The position numbers and the translations under genes were made by a program. Positions 9,601 to 24,600 of a DNA stretch of 47,506 nucleotides are shown here, piece after piece. Source of the DNA: Catajapyx aquilonaris (taxonomy: Eukaryota); contig JYFJ02002996.1 of NCBI GenBank assembly GCA_000934665.2, positions 1 to 47,506 of the forward strand, in the 5' to 3' direction. How positions within the stretch are numbered: position 1 is the first letter of the stretch; each line of letters opens with the position of its first letter. The notes beneath the pieces are model-generated. The model did not search any database, had not been told where the DNA came from, and worked only from the letters and a program-made list of their open reading frames with translations.

Positions 9601-12600
9601 GAAAATGCCGTACCCGAATGTAAAGGCAACATCTCTGTCTCTATGTTCAGATCATAATAAAATATTGTCTTGTCACCTCTCGAACACCTAGTTACCTGGG
9701 ATTCTTTCCAGAGTGTCTGATACAACTGGCGGAGGAGGAACGTTCTTGTGCATGGCTGCATAGAACTGCTCACGCTGCTCCATGTTTTGTTTATTCTCAA
9801 GGGTCACGCTGGGTTGAGACTCTTGAGATGTGACGCCATTGCGGGTTGGTTCTGAAAGTTTAAAAAACCTGTTAGTAAAAAAATGCCGGACTTAAAACTG
9901 AGGTTGTCAAATTCAAAACATGTCCTGTCAATATGCATCAATTAAATTTTGGGACAAGTTCCAGAAAGTGACACCTCAGTTCATGTGTGACGTACTCCTC
10001 CTCCAGCAAATAATGACGGTCACAAAGGTCAGCACGACGGCAATGACGGACGCTGCGATGGGCAGGGTGATCCGAAGATCACTGAAGAAGGACTGCTGCT
10101 GAGTTGTTTCAGCAACAATGTCAACTGGAGGCGCACTAGTAGCACCGGCAGTTGACAATGTACGTGCGGAGTAAATGTTCACACTGGACCCGGCCGAGTT
10201 TTCAGCAGACACCCGTACATCATAATTGGTCATTGGTTGCAGGGAAGTGATTGTGAACACCTTTGCTGACTTGCTGCTTCCGACTGTCTTCCAGTCCTCG
10301 TCTGTTCCCAGCCGGTATCCCACTGTGAAGGTCGTGATTGGACACCCGCCGTCTTGCCACCGTTGTAGGTCGATGGCTATTGAGTCCACATTCGGTACCA
10401 GGAATTCAGTCTGGTCCTCCGGTGGCACTGGCTTTGATCCCAGTGTCTTTGCGTTGACTACAGCACTGGCACCGCCCATGCCAATGCGGTTGTACGCGGA
10501 GACATAAAAATAGTAGAGTGCACCGCACACTAAATCTTTAACAACACAGGACGACTCGAGGTGACCCAATCTCACTTCTTCCCATTCACCAAACTCCCGT
10601 TTGTAGTTCAGGCTGTAGCCAGACACAGGAGAACCACCGTCATCTGCCACGTTCCACTCAAGTTGGACTGAATTGGTCTCGATCGTCTTCACAGTGACAA
10701 TCGGCGAAGATGGCGGCACTTGCACCACTATGGTGTGCACTACTTGGTCGCTTCCATGTGCGTTACGCACTACACACGTGTAGTTACCTGCGTCAGATTT
10801 TTGCACCGTTTGTATTCTCAAGGTGCCATTTGACAGCACGCGTGTACGCTCAGAGGTGACCAGTCTCCGGTTGTCATACGTCCAACTGACATCCGGAGTG
10901 GGCGTGCCGACCGAGAGACACGGAAGCGACACTTCCGTCTTCCATGGAAAGGTGTGCTTGCTGTCAAATGACAGTATAGCCGCCGGTACTGTAAGATAAA
11001 TCAAGCATGAATATTTACAGCCCTGAATTCGCAATTAGGCAAGTACTCACCTCTTTGGTTAGGAACCAACGTGGCCACAGGTGTGCTCGGTCCCTCCCCA
11101 ATCTTGGTTGATGCCGTCACCCAAAACTCATATGTATGAAACGGCTCCAGGTTGGTCGCCTCGTACTGGGTATGCACAACAGGTATGCTCTTCCTCAACG
11201 TGTTGGCCTCCTTTCCTTTATGCAACACCCGGCCATAAATATTGAACTTAACCAACTCTCCATTGGGATGTCTTGGTGGTGCCCAGCTCACGATGGCCGA
11301 TCTAGGTGAGCTCAAAACCGCTTTCACATTCGAAGGCGCCTCAGGCACTACACACATAATGGACAGTTCAGTACCCTCGTTTTGATTAAGCAATCTTTTT
11401 TTCCAGAAATAACCTTACCATCCTCTTCCGTGACACACCAAATAGGCTCGCTCTTAATCCCATCTCCAACCTGTGTGAACGACACCACCTGGATGCTGTA
11501 GTTAGCGTGCTTCCTCAATCCATGAAGAATGGTCGTCTTGGCAGAGGTCACCTTAGTCTCGGTATCCACCGTACCTGCCGAGGATGCAAAAAAAACGAGT
11601 ATAAAAAAGTCCTTCCTGCAATTAGATTTTCAAAACGGACTTGCTCTCACCGGAAACTGTTTCCACAGTCTCGTAGAAGACCTTATACCCTTCGATAATT
11701 CCGTTTCGTTCTTCCTCCGGAGGCGGCTCCCACGAGACCTGAACACTTTGAGACGTCAGAGCGATGCATTTGACCTCTTGAGGAGAAGCTGATGGGACTG
11801 GAAGGAGAAAGAAAACGATCGAAACACTTCTCGGGGATATATACTGGAAGACAAGAGTCCGACGGTAAATGATAACCTCTGGCCACACTCTACATGCATA
11901 AATGCAAATTTTACTCCCGATTTTTTTTGTCTCTTTCTCGCTCAGTCTGCCATGATGGATGGCTGGAAACGAGCTGTGGTACTCTTGGGAAAAAGAGCTG
12001 CTCCTCCCGCGTCATAGTTTATCAATCCTTCCAAGGATTACAAATGGAACTGGAGGGGTTGAGCTACAATCCGACTATAAATCCCCGAGTTCGATTTAGC
12101 ATAAAACTGAAAACGGGGAGGGAGGAGTGAGCCGTTTGTTATGACGTCCCACTCTCAAAGCTCTCTAGGAAAAAAAACTAGTGAATGCCTCTGGAGACAT
12201 GCAGTCAATGCTATGGCGCTCTGGTTCCTAAAAGTGGATTCAGCCACTGACTACTGAAACATTTTTTCCTCCTTCTTTTGTAGGAATATACTCACTGCTT
12301 TCAAGAGTCTCGGCCAGCACCTCGTCGCTGATTGGCCCAGCACCTTTCGGGTTGAAGGCCTGCACCACAAAGCCGTACTTTGTGTAGCTCTTCAGGTTCT
12401 GGAAAAGCCATTCTTCCTGCTTTTCCTGAGCTGCAGGCACGGTGGTGAAGTTGTAGGCTCCGGCTTTGTTCTTCCTGAGAGGTCCAGATAAGAAAAAGGG
12501 GTGGAAGGGAAAAGGAATGAGTCGCGACTGCACCACGTTCCCCTACCAAGAGATTTATGAAACCCCGAGGGACACTCTGGAGTGAAAAACAACTCCGGCC

Positions 12601-15600
12601 TCACCAGCATTTCATTCTGTATTTCATCCTCGAATTTGCCTTGCCAATGTAAATGGGGCTTGCCACCGAAATTGCGTCGGGATCGGTTATCTCGCAGCTC
12701 CCCGGGCCAAACAATGCAACAAAAATGGGTTTATAGTCGGAAATTGCATATTGGATCCATCCTATGGATGGAAGAGGAAAAACTGCAGCAGGTGACACCA
12801 CTCATACAATCCAGTTTTTTTTGAGGCACAGCCTAAAAGCCACTCTGGCTTCTCATTAACAATTCAGCGAAACTTACACTCAACACCGGGCCCCCAGCTT
12901 TCCTTAGAGATTCAAGCCCACTTTTCCTCGGACTTTCATCGCCATTTGCCCAACCAATTTCCTGCAGCCTGGGCTCCCACGTCGCAGAAATTTCCCTGCT
13001 GGAAAACGGCTCTCGAGTGATGCATAATACTCAGCAAACATTTACAGAGCGGACTTGGCAACACCCGGTACGTACAGAGCTGGGGGTTCGGACTAGGTCG
13101 TTGTCTTTAAATCGTTGTGGTTGGCCAAATAATTTTCATTGTCAGCTGGAAAAAAATTTATGGAGGCGATAAATGTTTTTCTTCCGAGCCCTTCAAATAC
13201 AACCACAACGACTCAACGACACCCGTGTGAACCACTGCCCCCAACAACCCTGGCAAAACAGCCAAATCTGGCCCTTGCAAAACGACCAGTCCGGACGCAT
13301 AATCCTGGTTTAGAGGACCATTCCTGGCGATGTAGTTGGTAAAGTAGACTTCGGGAAAGCGTAAGTTACTTATGTTATTCTGCAACCGTGGTAGTAGAAA
13401 GGAGTTGGAGCGTTCAAGCGACACTGCCTGGGCTAATCCTTCCCAATCCTACTATAATAGGATTGTGGAGTTAATTTTAAAGCGAGAATCTCATTATCCC
13501 GCCAGTATAGCATGCAACTTGCTCAGACTTTGGTTGCAGCTGGTCCAGTAAATATAAAGAGTAAGTTATTGTTTATTTTTCTGGATTGCTAGAGGCGATT
13601 CGTGTGCCCAAGAGGGATGAATGGCATGGAGAAGGAAGAGTGCTGGATAATTACAGAGCTATTTTCTCCGCTTTGTGGCTTAGCAACGGGCAAGTTTTCG
13701 TCGAGTCGGCACTGCCAGACAGGATTTTAATGAGGTCGTAGGTTTAAAAGGAGAGCGCGGGCGGTTGACAGGAACAGCTGACGTTAATTTCTTTGCAGTT
13801 AAACGAACTGTCAAGAGCCAAACACTCGGGTGCTCACAAATCCGGCAATGGACGCGCCCGGATTTCCATTCCTTGGCTTGACTTTGCCCACCCCTCGACT
13901 CCTTATAACTTCGACAACTGCGGAGCCCCCGGAAATAGATAACACTAGAAGGGTCGGACCTCTCTCTTCCGGTTCATTTGCATGTCAGTAAAATCCAGAA
14001 TTATTGAAATGCAGGCAGCACTTTCTGAGAGGCGCTATTGATTCATAGGCGCTAAAAATATTTTGGAAACATCAAGTCGGGTCGTTATGTTGACAGACCG
14101 TTGACACTGTTTCAACCGGTGGGATTAGTCCAGAGCGTGCCTCTAAAATTATCGAATCCCAATGGAAAAAAGGAGGTCATTCCACTGTATCGAGTATTGA
14201 TATTTTACAGAGTTCATCTCTTGCACTGTAATACATGTCACGACTTGGCATAATATAAGAGATAAAAAGCTGCAACTATGTACAGTACATGAAAAATTAA
14301 GCAATCGACCGGATCCAGGTCCAAATCATTCTCCAACCCAGTCCCAGCTCTTCCACGTCGCCATTCTTTGCAAACAATTTTTCCCCCCAAACTTTTCTCC
14401 CTCTCCGAAAGTATCCACCAGCCATGAAACGAGGGGGCCCTGCAGCATCCCTTCCCTCGGAATTCTCCAGATGCTGTCCATAACTTCAGAAAACGCCACC
14501 GCTTAAAGTGCTTGAGTGCTGCATAAAGCGCTAAATGCTTTAGTGCCCACATTGATAGTTAGCCCGTTCTTTTTTTTCTTCATCCAACCATCTTTCGCTT
14601 GAACGCAGGTGTTGTGGGCTCATTTTAAGGCTGGAAATATACCCCCATTCCCAAAAGACAGCTCATTTACAAAGTTGGTCCGCCATATTTTTTGGGGGGG
14701 GTGTGGTGGCGCTGCGGGGAGGAGGCCTAAAAATGGTCGGCTGGCACTCCATTAAGCACGCTTGTCTGGCCTGATGACAACCTGTCAAGATAGAGGCGGC
14801 GTATCCACACTTTGATTTCCTTTTCACGCCCACCGCCCCTCTATCTGTTGCATTCATAGAGCCGCTGCAGCTTTCATCTCACGTTGCCACCTATTTTGCC
14901 CCCCCCCCCCCTCGCGGCCCCTGGGGCCTACGTGATGGAAGTCTCTCTATATATACACCCTTCACACTAGCTCACCATAGTCTGCGGTTCGATAAAACCT
15001 CGACCTGCTCGATTTCTAAGCCCTTTCTCTCTCTCTCTCTGCCAGAAAGCACACTGTGATCTGCTGCCTTCTCGCAACGGCGGGCTTCAAATAAGCGCAA
15101 TCACACGTTCCAGCGGTTTCATCGCGTGTTTTTCGGCCTCGCCTGACATAACTGGGATGAGACGTAAGCTTTAGTGGCAAAATTTGCGCGTCACTATCTG
15201 GGAAATTCCGTCTACCCTGCTGCCAGTTCCTTCCAAAAACGCTAACCAGATACACAAACTGGTTAACCTGCTCAACCAGTGCTTGGTTGAACAGGTTGTG
15301 TCTGGCTATACATTTTGAAGGAAATTAAGCGCCATTATTTCAAGTACGCAACTATCAGGTTGAGTATCTGCCCCTTTCAGGATGATGAGGATGGCGATGA
15401 CGAACTGAAAGAATTCTTGAGGAGCAGTGACCAAACAGTGGTAGTTGAAGGCGCTGCTCACATCTTGGCAGTGAACGAAGGGGTCGAGGTCCGGGAATTC
15501 AATTTAACTGGTTGGGTGGAAGGGGAGCTGGCATTGGACGTTCTCAGGAAAGTCAAGTACTGCTGGGGGAAGCTCACGTGATTTACTTACACCGTCTTCG

Positions 15601-18600
15601 AGTTCGATGAAACTTCAATCATTCATTCTTTGCAGTGTAATCCGTTCAGGACGGGACGGAGGAACCCTCAACCTGACGGACTGATAGAGCCAAATGGGTT
15701 TCGCTCTTGAGTCGCTTCCATCCAATTGGGACGGAGTGCTGGAAGATTGGGGCCCCGGCTGGATAGAAAACCCACTGGGACCGCCTATCTCTCTCCCATG
15801 CACCTCACTTTCTTTTAGGACCCACCGGGTTTCCTTTGTGATATGGACCGCGACTTTGAATAAGTCCTCTCCACCGCTTGTTATATTGCCCTGGCCTTTG
15901 CTGAATCAGCCCGAATCGACAACAAACCCTGGAGGAAAAAAAGCTACTTAACTTGCTGTTGGATACTCAGAGTTACTCATGCCCATTTTTTTCAGACTTC
16001 TGCTACCAACTGCAGATGGTCATCAAGCTCTTGATCGGTTTGTAAGCGATGCCTCTCCAGCATTGGACTGAACTGAAATCCTCCAATCGGGAGGGAAGAC
16101 CGGCGCCAACACATACAAAATGGAGGATTGGTTGAAATGGCAGCGGAAAGCCTGGAGATTATTCCTGGCAGAAGCGGAGTGACATTTACAAGGAGAGCCG
16201 TGGAATTCTGCGGACACGGTGCCATATAATAAAAAAGCGCTAGCCCAGAGGCCATCCGTTCAGTCGGTTGCGGAACCAGAGGGGATTTGGGGAGGAAAGG
16301 AAATTCCATCATTCTCCAAAAGGGTATAGGCCACTTGGGAGCATCTCCAGACTTGTAATTTACGAGGTACGGCCGCTTCCTCACTCCCAGGGAGGAAGAT
16401 GTGTATTTCTTTTGCCCCCCAGTTGCAGCCATTGCCCTAGATCAGTACCGTGATGGAACTGGACTTCGGCCGGACTTGCTCGGACTTTCACCGGATTTAC
16501 TCGTTGAAATCCTGCCAGTTACAAGCAGCGTACAAGAAACTGTGGACTTGCACGACAATGGGTTAGTCTCATGGAAGATAAGGCACAAAATGAGTGAGCC
16601 GGTGTTAGAAACGGCCTCGGCTGCTAAATCTGCGAGCCGACATTTTCTTGCTGCTTTCCTCTAATCCCCGCAATTAGTGGCTTTTGCAACTGACAACTGG
16701 CGCGGTGACCGAGCGGACAATGCAGTTTGTTCCTCTTGATAACGAAGCGCGCCTGCGAAACATTTCACTTGGTGTCTGCCTCGATGCAGCAGCAGCCTTA
16801 ATATATGCGGAGTCTGTAATAAAATTCGCAGCAGTGCTTCTGCTGCAGTGCAAGACTCTTTTTTAGCGTGCAAAAACCACATGTGACTGTACAAAGAGCG
16901 CGTTTCATTAAGGGAACAATACGTGCTCTTAATTCGCGCCTTTTGTACTGTAGGCAAAACACAAAATCGGGGCCGCAGTGGGCCCGGGCTACAAAGGCAG
17001 GCAAGAATTTGGAATGTGAATATATTACATTTTAGCCAGAGAGTGGCTTGCAAGCAGAAAAGTAAAACTTTACTTTCTGCCAACTTTCTTTGAGGGCGTC
17101 AAACTACTTTCTTCCCAAACTCTCAGTCGCGATTCCCTCACTGCAGCCCCCATAATAAGCTCGCTTTGTCGGCATGTTCATGGCCCCAGACCAAAGAGAA
17201 GTGTTGGGGGGGTCGGAGGGGGGAGATCATTTAATTCATTTCGCTCATTGCCCCGAGGCCAAATGCTCATTTTGCCAGATTTTGATCATACCTTGTGTGC
17301 TCGCGGATTCCAAGGTAGTATCCCAGCACCTTCCCGTTCCTCTGGTCCGGATGTGGGGGCAGCCAGGTGACCCTGACCTCTCCGTCGCTGGCAGCCATGG
17401 CCACTACATCCTGGGGCGTACCGGATGGTACTTCCCCCTCGGTTGTGAAGGTCACAGTGTCACTCGGGTCGCTCTGACCCAGCTGGTTCCTAGCAGCCAA
17501 CCTTGCGTGGTAGGTAATAGCCGGATGCAGTCCACTGATGATGGCCGAATTCTGGGTGCTGGGTACCATCTCCTGCGGGTTCTGCTCGTTCCATGAGTCT
17601 GGAAGGCGGCCAAAGTTGTAAGCCCACCCCTGCTTGCTTTCCCTATGAATTATTGATGGCCCGATGGACCCGGGAGGAGACGACCATGATCGCCGCCACG
17701 TACCAAGTGAAATATGCGGGGGCCTTCATCCCCTCCACCTCTTTTACGGGTTATTAATCCCGCCCAGAGAGAAGCGGACCCATTATACCCACTCCCCAGT
17801 TCAATGATGGATTCGACCCAGGGCTTGTTGCAACGCGGCACCCTCCGGATGGGGAATGGGACCCCACCGAGCTGCGCACTGATAAGCCCGCCTGCCAGCA
17901 ATGCAATTCAGTCCTTCTCTCACCTCTCCTTATTAGGCCCTCCTCCCTTCTCATTACATAGGGGATGCCCATTCCTTTCCCACGACCAACTTCCCCTACG
18001 GTTCGGATTAATCATCGCTCGATTCCAGCCTCCCCACAGATGAAGCTCCGGATATTATTCGGGAGGAGGAAGGTGCTGGAGGACAACGTAAAAGGAGGGT
18101 ATGAAACACCGGACGCCTGATTGAGTTAAGGCTGCTCCAAAAACTCAATTTGGGATAGCTTTTCGTTCGAAACGATTATCAAAAGTGATCTCAGGCTGAA
18201 ATTTGAGAGCAGACCTGGAGCAGCGAAAGGTCAAAAAATTGTGCCCCCCCCCCCTCCGAGCCAAAAAAATATCCAGAGTCCGATTGCTAATCTGATGTAC
18301 AATTTCTATTAAAGTAATCGGGCGTATCATGTTGTGTAATAATGACAACCCAGGTCTGCTTACTTGACCGGAGAAAATGAAACATCCGGGAGAAATGGAA
18401 ACTGCGAAGGAATTTACAGGGTTTCCAATCGGACCGGAGCTTACCCCGCTCGTCATACGTATCCGGAGAAGATTAATAGCGTCTCAGACGAGTAATGAGC
18501 TCTAGACGTACGGATTATTACCTCGCTCTCTAGCCTGTTCCCTTACCGGATTCCTTCCGATATCGGATGACGTATTTGGCGATGGCGCTGTTGCCATCGT

Positions 18601-21600
18601 AAGGCTCCATCCAAGTCAGCTTGACGATGCGGCTGCTCAGGTCCACAACCCGCACATCGTAAGGTGCGCCGGGAACATCTGCAGGGAATGAGAGAAGGAA
18701 AAAAAAAACTTGATTATTCCCAGAGACCAATAGCAAGCGAGCAATCCTTTTTGAGGGGGGCTGTCAAGACGGCTATTATCTATCGGAACGCTTTTTTTCC
18801 CTGAGAGAATGATACCGACTAGGCAATCAGAATGATTGATTCTGCGGAGGAAATATTACGTGCAGAGAGTGCGGAAAAATATGCGAATCTCAGCTCATTC
18901 CAGCACCAAAGCTGGGGTCATATTACTCGGATGAAAAAACGTCACGCCATTTTCTTCAACTTAGATTCTCTGGCGTAAGATATATGTCATATGTATTTGT
19001 TAACTGCTTCACATTTTAAACGTCAAGTGTGGCGTTTTCTTAGGTCAAGTTTTAAATTCATAGTGCACAAATAGTGAAACAAATAAACGCTCAGTGTTTC
19101 GGAATACATTTCGACGTTTTCAACGCCTAGTGGTGGCATAGGTCCCAGGTCGTTATTCCTGCTCGAAGAAAACAGTGTGCACACGACTCTCGAAACTCAA
19201 TTTGACGCGCCAGATTTACCCTGGTCCAGCACTGGCAAGTGCTCCAAAAGGGCCCTAACTTAGTCAAGAGAATATGGCGGCCACCTTTTGTTCTCTATCC
19301 GTCGATGAACATGGTCCTTTCTGTTGTTTTTTTTTGGAGAGGACGGGGGTACCTCCTTCGTTGCAAACTTTGTTACCAATTTATTCAATTCCGTCCTTGC
19401 TATTTTACAGAGGGCCGAGTCCCAACGACGCACGAAAACTGAATAATAATATTCTCGGGGTAGGAAGGCTGCATTATTTTATTTTTCGTTCCTTTGCCTT
19501 ATAGCCTGCTGGCCTCGTTTTAAGCAGAGCTGTCCTTATCCATCATGTGATGCTGGAGAGGAGGTTTGTGCCATTGTGTACAGTATACATCAAGGAGGGC
19601 TTGGCTTTGTTCGCGCTCGGCTGAGCGAACACAGGGTCCCCCCAATTCCCTGCACCATAGGCTCTCTGTGAATAATGGGATTCTCCCTCGGAGCCCTGCC
19701 TATGCCTTTGGACCCCTTCCTCCACTTGCATTCCTCCGCAGCCAAAGGGCTGGAGTCACGCCGAAACACACACACACACAGGCCGGACCACCCAGGGAGA
19801 GCCGGGACTATACGACCAACGATGAGAGTTTCAGACTATGAACGCTCGAGATCAATCACGCCAACCCGAATTGCGATCAAAAAGCAGGTGGACCGCCGAG
19901 GTTGGTTCGTTAATCGCATTACGGAAGGTAGAGATAACCTTCGCCTGTTGGGCATACAGAGCCGGAGACAATGTGGTACATTTACAGGCGGATCAGCTTC
20001 ATTATATTTGTAGTGTTTGACCTACTTTGAACAGTAGACGCTCAAATTGTATATTTACTCTGTAAGCCCACGTGCACTTAGCAAGTGTACTGTGCGCCCG
20101 TGGTAAGAGGATTAGCATTATTAGTTGTATAGTGCATTGTGAGGCAGTTTTGGTACATGCTGTATTTACGTACTATGTGAATTTATAATGACTTACTTTG
20201 ATTACTATAAGTGAAGTCGTTGGATTAAAATTCCGACTGATGTGTATTTATGTTGGCATTCTCTTTCGAAGCTTTTTAACTTAAGTACAGTACAGTATGC
20301 ATGAATGAAGGGTTTCATCATTCGTGTAATCACGAGTATATTATTTTTTCCTGTGAAATTAGGCGCAATAATGAGTCGTCCTTATGATTATGAATAAGCA
20401 CAATTATTTGATGTAAAAAAATAGAAGTTCCGATCTCCCGAAAGTAGACTACTCATGAATCAATACGGGCAACGGCGTTTACATAGTGACTAAACCGACT
20501 AAACTTCTGAACAAAGAATACTCATATTTAAAACGATCAGCGTATTGACTTTAATCCGCATCAAACTTGATTAAATCTTTTGGTTAAAATCTGAAAATCG
20601 AGTTTAGTCCAACCTAGCTTAGATACAACCCACTGCTCCAAGTGTCGTCACTTGGACACAAAGTGACCCATACGTCGATTGAGACATATTTTTTAGCAAG
20701 TCCAAGCCACAAAATTGAGATAACGCTAAATTCGAAGCAATGCGTGAAAATTGAACCTAACCGGGGAGGAAACAACTTGGCCTCCAATGCCACGAGTCCA
20801 CTTTTAGTTTATCCTGACTGTTCGGAGCAACCCCCACGACACATCTGCACAACCGGAAGACTACAATCCAGGATGAAGACATAACCAGGAAATGTCGCTG
20901 TTGCATTATTTCCACGTTCAGGCATTGAAAAATAATATTGTCGTCAAAAACTTGCAATTGTAATCGAGATGACAATGAATAGAGATGCGAAAAACATTTT
21001 TTAAATTAATAATGCACTGTACATATGACAAAGTTGGATGCCTTCCATTAGGCAACTGTTTGTGTATACTCAGTGGCTAAGAAAGCAAAACCCAGTAGCG
21101 GTGTAGATCTGTTACTCTGTTACACAGAGACAAGTTTCTTGGCTACTAAAACAGGTAGTTTAGAACTTGAGCCTGCTGCATTATTAATATCTACAACATT
21201 GGCCTTTCCCGTCATAATAACGGCACGAGACTAGGTCTGCCTCTGAAGCAAATATTTGTATTCAAATCCCACCTCTCAGAGAGAAAGCAATTACAAAAGT
21301 CGTAATGAGCCGAGTTGCGGACATGTACGAACTTGTACATTGAACACTATTAACGGCCTCCAATATTCGCTGTAAGCCCTTCTCCTAAACTGCAAACGAG
21401 CAATTGTCAATTACAAAACTCTCCACCCATGCTTCATGCGGTTCATACAGTGACGGGCAGTACCTGCTAAAATAGTGCTCATTAATAATTTCACTTCTAA
21501 TTTACTAAACCCGAATAGTACAGTACCCGAATGTATCCCCATTTTTAGTTCAACAGACGGGTCAGAGGGCCCCCTCCCAGTTCGAGTCCCGCTGCCACAA

Positions 21601-24600
21601 TAAATTAGCTCCATTTGTTCGCCCGCGTGTCAATTGGAATTAAAACTCCATGGAGTCTCTCGACTCTGGAGGAACCTAATCCAATTGACCAGCAGCGAAG
21701 CACCACCCCCCAATCGAGAGAGAGAAGGTTATACAACCGCCCCAATCTGGACCCTCTGGGAAGGTCGCAGAATAGATGTCAAGCCAGACCTCCTCCAGTT
21801 GGAAAACCTGACGGTCATTCCGCAATCTTGACACTATCAGTTTGCCACTCGGCTGCAGGCCAGAAAAATTGTAGGTGGAAGCTCCAAAAAGGCCTCTCGA
21901 AAAATATCAAAAGGAGTGCTTCTATACTAATGAAGTTCTTTTTGAGGGCAACTTTTTCAATGTGAGGCTTGATTCTATTCATAAATTTGGCCTCTTGAAC
22001 CGGGGCAGTGCACCACCCTGTATATGACTCCGCTTGAGGATTAATGTCTCCAACATCGATCCAGGTTGCGGGGGACTGCACAGCGCACATTTTTAAATGG
22101 TTTCACTTCTGGCCCCCGCGAAATGCACCGCTGCACATCGTACCATATATACGGCGGATGCCCGAAGATGGCCTCATCCCGAGAGACATATCTCGCATAT
22201 CACTGTCATGTATGGAAATTACCGAATTACACAGCCCGGTCGCTCCGGTGTGGCACGGATCCAAGAGATGTACTACGTACACAGTGTTAGTACTGTACCC
22301 GCGAAGCAGCTGCGTATTTTCAGTTGCGGACTCTTACTTCCGATCATTTCATCAACTTTGAGGCTGTATATATAGGACATGACGGGAGCAGCTTGTCCTC
22401 AGGAATCGATAAAATCCGCTTTCTGTAATACAATTCTCGTTCCAGGCTGCTAAAGATGGATGTAATTTTTATCAACTTCCATCCCCGTTCCTTAGCGACG
22501 ACGGATTTCAGAAATGTGACGATGCACAGTTCGACAAGCTTGGCTGCAGGATGTCGGACACTCTTGTGAAATATTTGTCGAATTTATTGGATTCGACTTG
22601 CAAAAAAAAAAAAAATCCACCAGCCGATTTGTACACACCGGAGTATCATATTGCTCCAGTGCTGAAGAATCGATGACGAATTTAGCATTGCCTGCGGACA
22701 ACGGTGCAAAAATTGCAATAGGAAAATTTGCCATCCCGAGCAGTATGTGCAGCCCGGTGTGAAATTCGGTCAGGTCCTCCCGGGTACCTTGCATATCGCG
22801 TCGCAAAATCAAATGTCCAAAATTAATGCGCTTGTTACGTGGCTCCAATAATTGCGTTGGAGGTTTACAGGAATTTATAGCTGATTATAATAGTCTATTA
22901 ATGAGGCGGGCTTGACACTGCAATTGTCCCTATCTTGTGATTTACGATTGCTATATTGAGCGGTGGCGAAAGGTGCGCTAACAGGTTGAATGCATTATAT
23001 AAAAAAGTCGAGGTGCAATCTTGCACAGGCGTAATCATATAGGGGGCAGATGAGGATCAATACTAGCGATGATTACTAATCAAGACGTACTGCTAATTAG
23101 CTGTTTTAAGTAGTGCACTGTACTACGGAAGTATGCTGCTGGTGCTTCAGTAAATAATTTTCATCGGGTCTCTTCTAATTAAAATTATTTTCCATTACTG
23201 ATGTAAAAAGGAGTAGACTTAACAACAAAGCATTTTGAGGTGGTTTTTATATCCTTTTTATGACATGACTTTTTGTGACAGTTTATGGACCGGAATATTC
23301 TAATGAATACTGTATGCTGCACATACAGCGGCTCGTGAGTGACACCAGATGACGGGAGAGGCATTGCCTTTGACCCTTCGATATTAAATTGAACCAAAAC
23401 CAGTTGTGTCACACCACGCACGCCATGTATTCTCCCAGACTTTAGCTCCAATAAACCTCAACGCCTGTTCTTTCACGTGCAAATAAAACGGGGTAGATAA
23501 TCCCATCAAACGTACTGTTGTCGAAATCTATCACGCACATGTAATCAACCAACATTATTACTTCCTATTACCAATTCAGACTGGCTTCCACGGCTGACAA
23601 ATCTAGTTATAGTCAAACAGGCAGAGAACACATCAGGAAGAAGCTGCTCTGGAAATGCAATGGCGGTGAATTTGGAATCAGGAGGAAACGGTTCGGGGCC
23701 TCATCTCCAATCCCTTATTTCGTCGACGGGCGTCAGCTCGAAACAAATAACCTCGGGAGGAAAATAGAATTCCCCAGATTGATTTCCCTGGGAGATTTCC
23801 AATTCACTTTGTCCCTAGCCGTACGAAACGGGGGCACAGCCAGACACCCGATTGAAACCGTGTCTTTTTGCACCCAGGATATTCTCGCTGCGTTTATTTT
23901 TTTTCTTCGGAAAAGACCAAGTGTGCACCGGTGTCCCTCCCTTTGCAAACCCCTTTTTATGTCCACTTACACGAGGGTTCCAGTCTATAAAAGTGTGTAG
24001 TAAATAGCCTGGAGAAAGGCGGCGGCACAGCACTTTGCTTAAGCCAACAGCCTCGTACATTACGATTAGCCTGAGCCCAACCAGGTTGTGAGATAATCGT
24101 GGCCTGTACTACCTTATCCAGAGAGATAACTCCTGTCCTGCTGGCTCGCCAATCTCGCTTCCAGCTTGTTTCGCAATTCCCTGAATATTGCAACCTGCGA
24201 CGTCAATATTGCGTGCCGGGTACAGGATGTCTCGTATGTTTATGGCAAATTATCCGCAACATTACAGCACACCCTGTATATACTGATGCGTTATTTCAGG
24301 CTCCACCTGAAGCCCTACTCTTGTTCCACGACGCAGGCCCTATATTTCTCAATATCGTCGCACATATTGCTGCGACTATAAATCAGGCTCGGAGCCATTA
24401 CCGGTGACAGTGGCACAAGTCTGGGCTTTTTTTTCCGCACCTATTTTTTTTTGTCACGCTCCAAAATCGGCGGAAATATATGGCGATTATTATTCGCCAG
24501 GGCTAACGTCGATCCACTCCGCTGCCGTTTCTCGCCTGCAAAAATTCCGCGAGCACACGCACACACACCTAGTTTTCGCACACAAAAAAAGTCGCGACAG

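Noticed and set aside
15266..15298. Short hairpin AACCTGCTCAACCA / TGGTTGAACAGGTT
   Set aside because: It is too short and isolated to assign; not a miRNA-length stem.
17174..17596. Plus-strand ORFs overlapping Dscam exons (also 6333-6665, 8687-9079, 10226-10507, 25418-25777, 33100-33441, 41508-41764)
   Set aside because: These are antisense shadows of coding exons with no recognisable domains.
22170..22870. Possible DNA-transposon body fragment in the intron
   Set aside because: It looks repeat-like, but I could not identify TIRs, target-site duplication or coding remnants.
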